Assembly: GCA_035761895.1 (NCBI GenBank) | Contig: DASTQE010000298.1 | Span: 1,110-65,109 of the forward strand | Length of the DNA: 64,000 bases | Direction of reading: 5' to 3' | Origin: Nitrospira sp. | GTDB taxonomy: Bacteria; Nitrospirota; Nitrospiria; Nitrospirales; Nitrospiraceae | In this document: positions 27,265 through 35,971 of the stretch, in pieces | Numbering within the stretch: the stretch's first letter is position 1 | How the letters are laid out: each line of letters starts with the position of its first letter | Made by a program: the position numbers and the translations under genes | The notes under the pieces: model-generated | What the model was told of the DNA's origin: nothing | Databases searched by the model: none | The model's input: only the letters and a program-made list of their open reading frames with translations

Positions 27265-28179
27265 ATGGGCAAACTATTAGTTGTGGGTTCGGTCGCGTTG
27301 GACACCGTGAAGACGCCGTTCGGTGAGGCGAGCGAGGTGCTCGGTGGATCCGCCACGTATTTCTCCGCGTCGGCAAGCTATTTCACGACGGTTGATCTCA
27401 TCGCCGTCGTCGGCGACGATTTTCCGTCGCAACACCTGGCTTTTCTGAAAAGCCGAAATATCGATCTTACCGGCCTCGAGCGCCGGCCCGGTGCCACATT
27501 CCGGTGGAGGGGCGAGTACAGTCACCAGCTCAATGAAGCGCATACGCTCGATACGAAACTCAATGTGTTCGAAACCTTCCGCCCCAAAATCCCTGAGTCG
27601 TACCGATCGCCGGAGGTGCTGTTTCTGGGCAACATTGATCCCGAATTACAACTTGACGTGCTCAATAAGATTCCGCGGCCCCCCTTGGTGGCCTGCGACA
27701 CGATGAATTTCTGGATCAACGGCAAGCGCGATGCCCTCTGGCGCGTGCTCGAAAAGGTGGACATTCTCATCATTAATGACGGAGAGGCGCGCGCGCTTGG
27801 CGCTGATTCGAATCTGGTGAAAGTGGCCGGTACGGTCCTGGCGCGCGGACCGAAGCATCTCATCATCAAGCGCGGAGAATACGGCGTCCTCATGTTCAGC
27901 GGGAATCAGGTGTTCGGGGCCCCCGCGTTCCCCTTAGAGGATGTCCGCGATCCGACCGGCGCCGGCGACACGTTCGCGGGCGGCTTTCTCGGCTATCTTG
28001 CGGCGACGGGGAACCGATCGGTCGACTCCTTCAAACAAGCGATCATCTTCGGGAGCGTCATGGCCTCCTTTACGGTAGAATCCTTTAGTCTTGACCGTTT
28101 GAGAGTCCTGGATTACAAAGAGATCCAGGATCGCTTCCGGGCGTTCAAACGTCTCACCCATTTTGAGGACCTTCCGTGA
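27265..28179 (+). CDS. PfkB-family carbohydrate/nucleoside kinase
   Basis: VVGSVALD, LGGSATY, DPTGAGDTFAGG signature. Confidence 0.9.
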   Translation: MGKLLVVGSVALDTVKTPFGEASEVLGGSATYFSASASYFTTVDLIAVVGDDFPSQHLAFLKSRNIDLTGLERRPGATFRWRGEYSHQLNEAHTLDTKLNVFETFRPKIPESYRSPEVLFLGNIDPELQLDVLNKIPRPPLVACDTMNFWINGKRDALWRVLEKVDILIINDGEARALGADSNLVKVAGTVLARGPKHLIIKRGEYGVLMFSGNQVFGAPAFPLEDVRDPTGAGDTFAGGFLGYLAATGNRSVDSFKQAIIFGSVMASFTVESFSLDRLRVLDYKEIQDRFRAFKRLTHFEDLP

Positions 28180-28856
28180 ACCGGTCAGACTCACATCTGC
28201 GCATGAGCGGCGGCCTGGCCGCGGTGTGCCTTTTGACGGCGTCGTTCATCGGAGGCTGTGCCACTTCAGAGGAAACGAAGCAGAAATCGAAGGGCTATTA
28301 TCAGGAGGGCATGGCCAGTCTGGAGGGTGACCGGCAGAAAGCCTATGTCTCATTCCAAAAGGCCGTGCAGCTGGATCCGGAGAACAAGGAAGCGCGCTAC
28401 GGATTAGGCCACATTCTGGTTTATCAGGGAAAGCTCCATCAGGCGGAAGCCGAGTTTCGAGCAGCCACGAAGATCGATGATAACTATTCCGAAGCGCATA
28501 CCTACCTCGGCCAAGTGTTGGCATATCAGGACCGGTGGCCAGAGGCGATCACCGAGTTCCGGCGCGCGTTGAGCAACCCCCTCTACAGCACGCCCGACCT
28601 GGCCCGCTTCCATCTTGGCAAGGCCCTGGCTCATGAGGGCGATTATCAGGGTGCGATGGAGGCGTTGGAAGATGCGCTGGTGGTCAACCCTCCCAATGTG
28701 CCTCCGGCGATGCTGCAGCTGGAATTGGGGAAGGTCTACTACAAGCTCGGATTCGAACGCCGGGCGAAAGAGGCCCTGACGAAAGTGACCACCTTGGACA
28801 AGACCGGCCCTCACGCCGCCGCGGCCAAGGAAATTCTGGCACGGCTGAAGCCGTAA
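28176..28856 (+). CDS. TPR lipoprotein (PilF/PilW-like)
   Basis: Lipobox IGGC; serial TPRs; ALSNPLYSTP motif; directly upstream of rodZ. Confidence 0.75.
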   Translation: MNRSDSHLRMSGGLAAVCLLTASFIGGCATSEETKQKSKGYYQEGMASLEGDRQKAYVSFQKAVQLDPENKEARYGLGHILVYQGKLHQAEAEFRAATKIDDNYSEAHTYLGQVLAYQDRWPEAITEFRRALSNPLYSTPDLARFHLGKALAHEGDYQGAMEALEDALVVNPPNVPPAMLQLELGKVYYKLGFERRAKEALTKVTTLDKTGPHAAAAKEILARLKP

Positions 28857-28866
28857 AGAGAGACGC

Positions 28867-29808
28867 ATGGAGTCGATCGGAGATTTTTTCAAGCAGGTGA
28901 GGGAAACCAAGGGCCTGACCGTGGATGAGGTCGCCTCCAAGACCAGAATCCGAACGGATTTTGTCAAGGCGCTCGAAGAGGGCAATTTCGCGAAACTGCC
29001 CGATCAGGTGTTCGCCCGCGGATTCGTCCGATCCTATGCCCGCTCTCTGGGATTGGATGAAGAGGACGCCATCCACCGGTTTATTCAATCGGCCGGAGCT
29101 TTTTATGAGAAACAGGACGAACGTGAGCGTCTTAAAGTCAGGCAGGCGGAAGAGGAACGGAAGCGGCGGGCCAATCGAAAGGCCGTCGCTGTCGCCATCG
29201 GTATTGCGATTCTCACATTGGTGATTTTACTGAGCCGTGAGCAATCGTCGCTGCTGGTCAGGCGGACGCAGACCGAACCGCCCTCGACCGCGGCAAAGCG
29301 TGTGACGCCTCCGGAGGCGGGGAAGCTGGAGGCGCCGGTGCGAGCGGAACCTGAGAGCCCCGCGGGTTCCGCAAAGACGAAGGTGCCGGAACCGCCTGCT
29401 CCGCCTCAGGCAACGGCTCGTCATGAAGCAGCTGCCGGACGCGGAGCGGCCTCCGGCGGAGTTGCTGCAGGGCCTGCTCAGCCGCAAGTCGCCGCTCCCG
29501 CCCATCCGCCGGTCAGCACCGAAGGGCCGCTCAGCCCCCTCTCGCTCGAGGCCGCCACACACACGGAGGAGCCCTTGGTGCTGGATCTCGAAGCGACCGA
29601 ATTGAGCTGGGTCGTCATCCAAATCGATGGCGGCAGTCCCCAGGAAGCCTTGCTGCGCCCTGGTGAAAAAGCCAAGTGGAAGGGGCAGGACCAATTCATG
29701 TTAACGCTTGGAAATGCCGGCGGCGTCAAGGCCGAGCTGAATGGGAAACCGCAAAAGCCGTTCGGCCCCAGCGGAAAAGTGGCTCGCGACATCCTGCTGA
29801 AGCGATAA
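28867..29808 (+). CDS. rodZ: Cell-shape protein RodZ-like (HTH-TM-DUF4115)
   Basis: HTH (IGDFFKQVRE...ALEEG...RGFVRSYA), one TM, C-domain with LGNAGGV. Confidence 0.85.
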   Translation: MESIGDFFKQVRETKGLTVDEVASKTRIRTDFVKALEEGNFAKLPDQVFARGFVRSYARSLGLDEEDAIHRFIQSAGAFYEKQDERERLKVRQAEEERKRRANRKAVAVAIGIAILTLVILLSREQSSLLVRRTQTEPPSTAAKRVTPPEAGKLEAPVRAEPESPAGSAKTKVPEPPAPPQATARHEAAAGRGAASGGVAAGPAQPQVAAPAHPPVSTEGPLSPLSLEAATHTEEPLVLDLEATELSWVVIQIDGGSPQEALLRPGEKAKWKGQDQFMLTLGNAGGVKAELNGKPQKPFGPSGKVARDILLKR

Positions 29809-30058
29809 ATCTTCCTTAAGGATTCCCTGACAGTTGCTCCGGCTGTGGCAGTGCGGCATCGCGCTGTGGCGTAATGGTCTTCTACACGACCGTGAGTCCT
29901 GCCGATTCGAGTGTTGCCGCTGTAACTTAGCGGAATTGCAAATTGCGAACAATTGACCAATGTGGCATGACGTTTGATTGATGAACAACAGTAGCCGGTC
30001 ATCGAGACACTTTGTCACGGCCTAGCGCATGACTGGTGACGTATCCTGAGCAGTTTGC

Positions 30059-30088
30059 TTGACAAGCTTAAAACGGCATTGCTATAGT
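30059..30088 (+). promoter_or_regulatory. Sigma70 promoter of cytochrome c gene
   Basis: TTGACA-N18-TATAGT in an AT-rich intergenic region. Confidence 0.65.
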
Positions 30089-30175
30089 CCCGACGCTTTC
30101 TTACATTCATGCAACAGCCAGTGGCCTTTGAGGCCCTGTGGATGTGCGGTGATTCAACAACAAGGAGGAAGTCTG

Positions 30176-30625
30176 ATGGGGTATTTTTCTAAGTTTTTAG
30201 GAGTCGCAGCAGCCATCACGTTGCTCTCGGTCACAGTGGTCGGAGCAGAGGAGAAGGACCCGCTGAAGCCTCGTGTTCCGCCGGACCAGCTCGCGGATGC
30301 CAAAGCCTTGAAGAACCCTGTGGCGAATACTCCCGAGAACATTGCCAAGGGCAAGGCTCTGTTTGAAGGAAAGGGCACATGCTTCAATTGCCATGGCAAG
30401 GAAGGAAAAGGCGACGGTCCAGCCGGCGCCATCCTCAATCCGAGCCCGCGGAACTTTACGAATTGCAAGTTCCACAAGAAGCGGAAAGACGGCGAGCTCT
30501 TCTGGGTCATCAAAAACGGCAGCGCCGGCACGGGGATGGTTTCACTGATTCCCGCCGCCATCAACGAAGAGGAAGCCTGGACCATCATCAACTACGAGCG
30601 GAGCTTCTGCAAGGGCGACGAGTAA
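30176..30625 (+). CDS. Periplasmic monoheme cytochrome c
   Basis: AAGGAGG RBS; signal peptide; CFNCH; GDGPAG...PSPRNFT; likely axial Met in GTGMV. Confidence 0.92.
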   Translation: MGYFSKFLGVAAAITLLSVTVVGAEEKDPLKPRVPPDQLADAKALKNPVANTPENIAKGKALFEGKGTCFNCHGKEGKGDGPAGAILNPSPRNFTNCKFHKKRKDGELFWVIKNGSAGTGMVSLIPAAINEEEAWTIINYERSFCKGDE

Positions 30626-30647
30626 CTCCGGTTCATGCGGTACGACG

Positions 30648-30680
30648 GGGTGGAGGACATTGTCCTCCACCCTTTTTTTT
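30648..30680 (+). terminator. Rho-independent terminator
   Basis: GGGTGGAGGAC-ATT-GTCCTCCACCC followed by T8. Confidence 0.9.
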
Positions 30681-30699
30681 GCTTTCTGGGATTCGCATG

Positions 30700-32607
30700 T
30701 CAGGGCGAGTCGGACGCCCGGAGGACGGCGAGTTTGGTGAGGGCGAGTCCAGTTATTGGATCGGTCGCTTTCAGCGGTGGCACCACGGCAGGACGCTGCT
30801 CTTGACCGAATTGCGTTTTGGACGCCCACACCACTTTTTGATTGAGATAGGCAATGATTTCTCCCAGTGTCACTTCACCGTCACGGTTCACGTCTGACTC
30901 TCCCCTCATCGCACGCAGGAGGTAGTAGGTGAACAGGCCATGCCGGCGGTCTTCGTCCTCGAGGACCTTTCCCACTCCGTTCGTGGCGACGAGATGAATG
31001 GTAGAACTCCCTGGGGGATTCCATTGAGGAAGGACTCCCTTCGCGCGGCCGTCCGCTCCTGCGCCCGTTTTTGCAAGCATCCCATCAAAAACAAACAGCG
31101 TCTGCTTGGCCTTCAAACGTGAGAGCGCCGCTTCCAGGTCCTTGAGCGGGTAGGAGCGCGACGAGGTGGCCAGGCTGCCGTCATACGGAACGAGAAAGAC
31201 GTCTCCGTTTGGGGCAACTGTCGCGAGCCCCGCGAAGTAGACGATCACCACCGCTTCCTTGTTCATGTGTCCCGGCAGCCAGTCCAGCAGCGCTTCGTCG
31301 ATGTCCGGGCGAAGGGCCTTCCAATCTTGAAGGAGGCGTACGTTTGACGCGGGCAAACCGCCGAGGGACTGGAAGTAGGCGGCGACTAATTCGGCGTCGG
31401 ATGCTGCGAATTTGCGGACGGAGAGTTGTTGATCGCGATACGAGCCGATGCCGATCGAGACCAAGTAGGTATGAGGACGTTTGAAACCGACGGGCATGGC
31501 CGGGACCTGATCCACATCGTCGCTCTTGAGACCAGTGGGTTGAATCGAGAGGGAAAGGCTCTGTGAAGGCGGCGCAACGGTCGCCGGATCGACGACGCTG
31601 ACCTGTAAATCGGCTTTCTGCGGTTGTACGCCCTGGGGAAGGGTCGCAACGAACTCGATAGACCGTGACTGTCCTGGCTGCAGGCGGCCAGCCGTCAGCG
31701 TGGTGGCAGGAAATTGCGAGAGGACGAGCGGAGTGCCCGACAGGCTGGCGGTGACGTTCTGCAGTTCCTGCGGTCCCGTATTCACCACGTCGACGCGGAC
31801 GCGAATCCGCTCCCCGCCCTCGAACACCAGGTTGCTGTTGTCGTCCAACACGGTGGCCTTAAATGAAAGGGCCGTGGCTCCCGAAGGGGCCGGTCGGCTT
31901 GGCACGGGCACGGGAATGGCCGCCGGTGCCGCCGCGGCCGTTGTCGTTGCGGCCGGTGCAGTCATTGGCGCTGCCGAGGCTGTCGTGACGGGCGTTCCCG
32001 CTGCAGGCGCGAGCCTCTGCCGGGACGCTTGAGACACTTTTTGAGCAAATTCCCTGGCCGCACCCTGAATGAAATCGTCCAACATGTAATCGCAGTTTTT
32101 TTGGATCGGCTCGATACGGACGCGCCCTTTCTGGACGACGTGTACGTCCTGCTCTCCCAAAGCGGTGCCTGCTTGATCAAGCAAGGACACAAGGCCGCCG
32201 AGTTGAATGTCGGTTTGCGCGCGATCATAGACACCGTCCATGCGCAGGCTGAAATTTGACTGAACCAGATTGACGCGGACGACCACGTCAGCCTTACCCC
32301 CGGACCCAGGCCGGACGACAGACGCGAATGTCCGGTTCGCCGCTTCGAAGAGCATGTCCTGCAGGGTAGAGCCGAGGTCGACAATCTGCATATGACCGCA
32401 ATTGTCGACGTATTCCGCCTTCGATTCGAGCAAGGACGGCGATAGCTCCAGAGCGGCGGTCTGCGAGAGACGCGGCTCTAAGTCGGACGCCTCCTGTTTG
32501 GTACAGCCCGCGAAGAGGATGGTCAACAGGAGTCCTGTGCGACAGACGGTCACGCCGAGGGATCGCAGGCTGGACGTGTCCGGATTGAGACGGACGGTGG
32601 TACGCAT
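30700..32607 (-). CDS. Multi-domain lipoprotein with Ig-like domain and catalytically degenerate caspase-like (C14) domain
   Basis: Lipobox FAGC; Ala/Pro linker; CARDB-like (IRVRVDVVNTG); C14 fold (LVSIGIGSY...DA...YFAGLA...VFDGM...GLFTYYLL.AMRG..D.N.DG). Confidence 0.75.
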   Translation of the reverse strand: MRTTVRLNPDTSSLRSLGVTVCRTGLLLTILFAGCTKQEASDLEPRLSQTAALELSPSLLESKAEYVDNCGHMQIVDLGSTLQDMLFEAANRTFASVVRPGSGGKADVVVRVNLVQSNFSLRMDGVYDRAQTDIQLGGLVSLLDQAGTALGEQDVHVVQKGRVRIEPIQKNCDYMLDDFIQGAAREFAQKVSQASRQRLAPAAGTPVTTASAAPMTAPAATTTAAAAPAAIPVPVPSRPAPSGATALSFKATVLDDNSNLVFEGGERIRVRVDVVNTGPQELQNVTASLSGTPLVLSQFPATTLTAGRLQPGQSRSIEFVATLPQGVQPQKADLQVSVVDPATVAPPSQSLSLSIQPTGLKSDDVDQVPAMPVGFKRPHTYLVSIGIGSYRDQQLSVRKFAASDAELVAAYFQSLGGLPASNVRLLQDWKALRPDIDEALLDWLPGHMNKEAVVIVYFAGLATVAPNGDVFLVPYDGSLATSSRSYPLKDLEAALSRLKAKQTLFVFDGMLAKTGAGADGRAKGVLPQWNPPGSSTIHLVATNGVGKVLEDEDRRHGLFTYYLLRAMRGESDVNRDGEVTLGEIIAYLNQKVVWASKTQFGQEQRPAVVPPLKATDPITGLALTKLAVLRASDSP

Positions 32608-32648
32608 GGAAGTAGCTCACGGTACCGGAATCACTGCCTGAAAGCAAC

Positions 32649-32677
32649 TTGTCACATCCGATCGCCTGCTTTATCCT
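32649..32677 (+). promoter_or_regulatory. Sigma70 promoter abutting carbamoyltransferase ATG (leaderless candidate)
   Basis: TTGTCA-N17-TATCCT then 8 nt then ATG 32686; no SD. Confidence 0.6.
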
Positions 32678-32685
32678 ACCGCGCC

Positions 32686-34395
32686 ATGCGCATCCTGGGC
32701 CTGTCCAACATGCGCGATGCAGCGGCGGCATTAGTGGAGAACGGCCGGATCATCGCGGCTGCTGAGGAAGAACGGTTCGTCCGGATCAAGCATGTCACCG
32801 CCTTGCCGATCCACGCCGTTCGATTCTGTCTTGATACCGCGGGGATCCGACTTGAGGACCTCGACGCTGTCGCCGTGCCTTGGAAATACTGGCAGCTTGG
32901 CCGGCGCGCTGCGCTCGCGATCGGTTCCATGCTGCAATCGCCGCGGCTCTTCGCCGTCAAAGGCGCGCGCGGTGCGGAACGTCTGTCCCACGAGTGGAGG
33001 GAACTCGCGTTCTTGCGCTTCTTGCTCTCGCGCCGCGTGGACGGTACACCGTGCCCGCCGGTCGTGTTTCTCGACCACCATCTCTGCCACGCCGCGAGCG
33101 CCATGCTCGTGTCGCCGTTCGAGCACGCGGCGGTGATGGTGGTCGACGGGGCGTCGGAAGCCCACACGACAATGCTTGCTTGCGCGGACCGGGACCACAT
33201 CCGCGTCCTGACACGCGTGCCTCTTCCTCATTCGCTAGGGCAGTTCTATGCAGCGATCACGGCCTATCTCGGATTCAAACCGGACCACGACGAATACATC
33301 GTGATGGGACTGGCGGCATTCGGCGCCCCGCGGTTTGCCCAAACTCTGCGTGAACGTGTGCTGCGCACGTTGTCGGAAGGCCAGTTCAGGCTCAACACCG
33401 GGCTCCTGGACTTTCATCTGGCGCGGCATCGTGTGTTTTCGCGCGAGTTCGTCCAACTCTTCGGTCCTGTGCGACACCCCGGAGAAGACATTACGCCGCG
33501 TCATCACGATCTCGCGGCCAGCGCGCAGGTGGTGCTTGAGGAAACGCTCTTGCACCTTGCGCGACGCCTTCACACGATGACCAATGAACAACGGCTGTGT
33601 GTGGCTGGAGGGGTCGCCTATAATTGTGTCGCCAACAGCCGGCTGTTGGGGGATGCTGGGTTCGACGAGCTCTTCGTGCCTCCGGCGGCGGGCGATTCCG
33701 GAGCGGCGCTCGGGGCGGCCCTATGGCTGACGCACCGCAAGGGCGGTTTGTCAGCTCCGATGGTGATGCGCACGGCCTCTTGGGGGCCGCAATTCTCCGA
33801 AGACGCCTGCCGGGCCGCGCTGGAGACAGCGGGGCTGGACGTAGAGCGGCTTGATGAAGCACTGCTCTGTGAAAAGGTCGCCGGAGAACTCGCAGCGGGG
33901 CGGTTGATCTTCTGGTTTCAAGGGCGGATGGAGTGGGGGCCTCGCGCCTTGGGGAACCGGAGCCTGTTGGCTGATCCACGTCGCGAGGACATGCGGGCGC
34001 TGATCAATCTGAAAGTGAAATTGCGAGAGCCGTTTCGACCCTTTGCTCCTTCAGTGTTGGAGGAGCAGGCTCGTGAGTACTTCGAGATTTCCAGGCCTTC
34101 TCCCTTCATGGCGCAGACGGTTCGGGTACAAGCTTCCATGAAAGGGGTGATTCCCGCGGTCGTCCATGTCGATGGCACGGCGAGAGTGCAGACCGTCGAT
34201 GTCGATTCAAACCCCCGTTACCGCCGGTTGCTGGAGGCCTTTGCGCGTCGGACCGGCGTCCCGGTCCTCTTGAATACGTCATTCAATGTCAACGAGCCGA
34301 TCGTGTGTACGCCGCACGAGGCGGTGTCTTGCTTCCTCAAGACGCAGGTGGAGTGGTTGGTCATGGAAAATCTATTGGCCAGACGACGGTCCTGA
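32686..34395 (+). CDS. O-carbamoyltransferase, NodU/CmcH/TobZ family
   Basis: AAAEEERF.RIKH, HHLCHAASA, GGVAYNCVAN, PAAGDSG, GRMEWGPRALGNRS, REPFRPFAP, HVDGTARVQTV, LNTSFN. Confidence 0.94.
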   Translation: MRILGLSNMRDAAAALVENGRIIAAAEEERFVRIKHVTALPIHAVRFCLDTAGIRLEDLDAVAVPWKYWQLGRRAALAIGSMLQSPRLFAVKGARGAERLSHEWRELAFLRFLLSRRVDGTPCPPVVFLDHHLCHAASAMLVSPFEHAAVMVVDGASEAHTTMLACADRDHIRVLTRVPLPHSLGQFYAAITAYLGFKPDHDEYIVMGLAAFGAPRFAQTLRERVLRTLSEGQFRLNTGLLDFHLARHRVFSREFVQLFGPVRHPGEDITPRHHDLAASAQVVLEETLLHLARRLHTMTNEQRLCVAGGVAYNCVANSRLLGDAGFDELFVPPAAGDSGAALGAALWLTHRKGGLSAPMVMRTASWGPQFSEDACRAALETAGLDVERLDEALLCEKVAGELAAGRLIFWFQGRMEWGPRALGNRSLLADPRREDMRALINLKVKLREPFRPFAPSVLEEQAREYFEISRPSPFMAQTVRVQASMKGVIPAVVHVDGTARVQTVDVDSNPRYRRLLEAFARRTGVPVLLNTSFNVNEPIVCTPHEAVSCFLKTQVEWLVMENLLARRRS

Positions 34396-34402
34396 TCCGC
34401 CG

Positions 34403-35971
34403 ATGAGCGCCCCTCGCGCAAGCGCCTGTCCATCGATGCCCCTTCCCGGCATTGTCCATCCGTCGTTGGCGCGCACCTCTGCGTTCGCTCTTCTGCTATT
34501 GATCGTCATCGTCAACTTTGCGTTGCAACCACTCACCGAGCCGGATTTCGGGTGGCATTTACGAACGGGTTTGGATGTGCTGCACAACGGAATGCCCCTT
34601 CCCCTCACCGATCCCTATTCCCATACCATGCCGGATTGGCGGTGGGTGGAACATGCCTGGCTGACGGATGTGCTGATCGCCGGGGTCTATTCATTGTTCG
34701 GCGGCTTGGGCGTCATCCTGTTATTTGGAGTCGTGACGATCAGTGCCTGGCTGCTCGCAGCAGCAGTGGCCTCAGTGAGCCTGCCGTTCCGCTTGCTGGC
34801 ATGCGCTCTGTCTCTGTGGGTCGCGCTGCCCTATCTCGGAGCACGGACGCAACTCGTCACCCTGTTGGGACTCGCGCTGCTCTCTTGGATGTTGAAACGC
34901 TGGCATGACGGCAGTACTTCCGTCCAATGGTGGATTCCGCCGCTGTTTCTCCTCTGGGCAAACCTGCACGGAGGGTTCCTGGCCGGATTGTTGTTCTTGG
35001 CCCTTATTGTTGCGACGACAGCAATCGTCAGGTGGTTGTCGGACCGGCGAATCTTCCTGAGGGGACAGTGTGATGAGCCCCTCTTCTCTCGAAAGGATCT
35101 GATGCGGCTCACCCTGCTCACGACCGTCTCGGCCTGCCTCACGCTTATGAATCCCTACGGATGGCGTTTGCACGAAGAAATCCTCGATTCGCTCTCGAAC
35201 CGCTTCATGCTCGAGACGTTGCAGGAATGGCAGCCGTTGTCGATGGCCGGGCTGGCCGGACGCATGTATACACTATACCTTGCAGCACTGGGCGTTGCGA
35301 TGGCGTTGTGGTATCGGCGGGTCCAGCCGGTTCGATGGGTCGTCGCAACCGTGTTTTTGGCATTGTCGTTTCGACACATGCGCAATATTCCGTTCTTCCT
35401 CATCGTGAGCCTTCCGTTCTGTGCAGAAGTCCTTTCAGAAGGCTACGAACGACTCTGGCGCTGCCTGTCCTGGGGCGAGGTGGCGGCCAGAAGAAGTGGT
35501 CTCGCCGCCACTGTTCTGATGACAATCATGTTGGTGTGGCTGGGCCCTGAACACCTGCATCGCATCGCCTTCTCAGGGACCAGGCCGATGGAATATTTCA
35601 AGGAGACGTCCTATCCCGTCGAAGCGGTGCAATGGATATGGGCCAACCATGATCAAGCCGGACAACGTTTGTACAACGACTACGGCTATGGCGGGTTTTT
35701 GCTGTGGTGGTTGCCCGATACGAAGATTTTCATCGATGGCCGGATGCCGGCTTGGCGGAGCGGAGAACGCGCCATCCTGCAGGACTACATGGCACTCACT
35801 GGAGCGGATCCGGATTTCAGCATCCTGAGGAAATATTCGGTCGATTGGGCCCTGGTCAAAAGGCAGACACCCTTGGAGGAAAGTTTGGCTCGCGACACAG
35901 CCTGGCGGCGCGTCTATGACGATCACAAGGCAGCGATCTACCGGCTGAAGACTACGATGCAGGCATTCTGA
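34403..35971 (+). CDS. Polytopic membrane protein, putative GT-C-fold glycosyltransferase
   Basis: Many TMs; acidic EPD after TM1 in DFGWHLRTG; DPYS; WANLHGGF; NPYG; C-terminal YNDYGYGG...FIDGR domain. Confidence 0.65.
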   Translation: MSAPRASACPSMPLPGIVHPSLARTSAFALLLLIVIVNFALQPLTEPDFGWHLRTGLDVLHNGMPLPLTDPYSHTMPDWRWVEHAWLTDVLIAGVYSLFGGLGVILLFGVVTISAWLLAAAVASVSLPFRLLACALSLWVALPYLGARTQLVTLLGLALLSWMLKRWHDGSTSVQWWIPPLFLLWANLHGGFLAGLLFLALIVATTAIVRWLSDRRIFLRGQCDEPLFSRKDLMRLTLLTTVSACLTLMNPYGWRLHEEILDSLSNRFMLETLQEWQPLSMAGLAGRMYTLYLAALGVAMALWYRRVQPVRWVVATVFLALSFRHMRNIPFFLIVSLPFCAEVLSEGYERLWRCLSWGEVAARRSGLAATVLMTIMLVWLGPEHLHRIAFSGTRPMEYFKETSYPVEAVQWIWANHDQAGQRLYNDYGYGGFLLWWLPDTKIFIDGRMPAWRSGERAILQDYMALTGADPDFSILRKYSVDWALVKRQTPLEESLARDTAWRRVYDDHKAAIYRLKTTMQAF

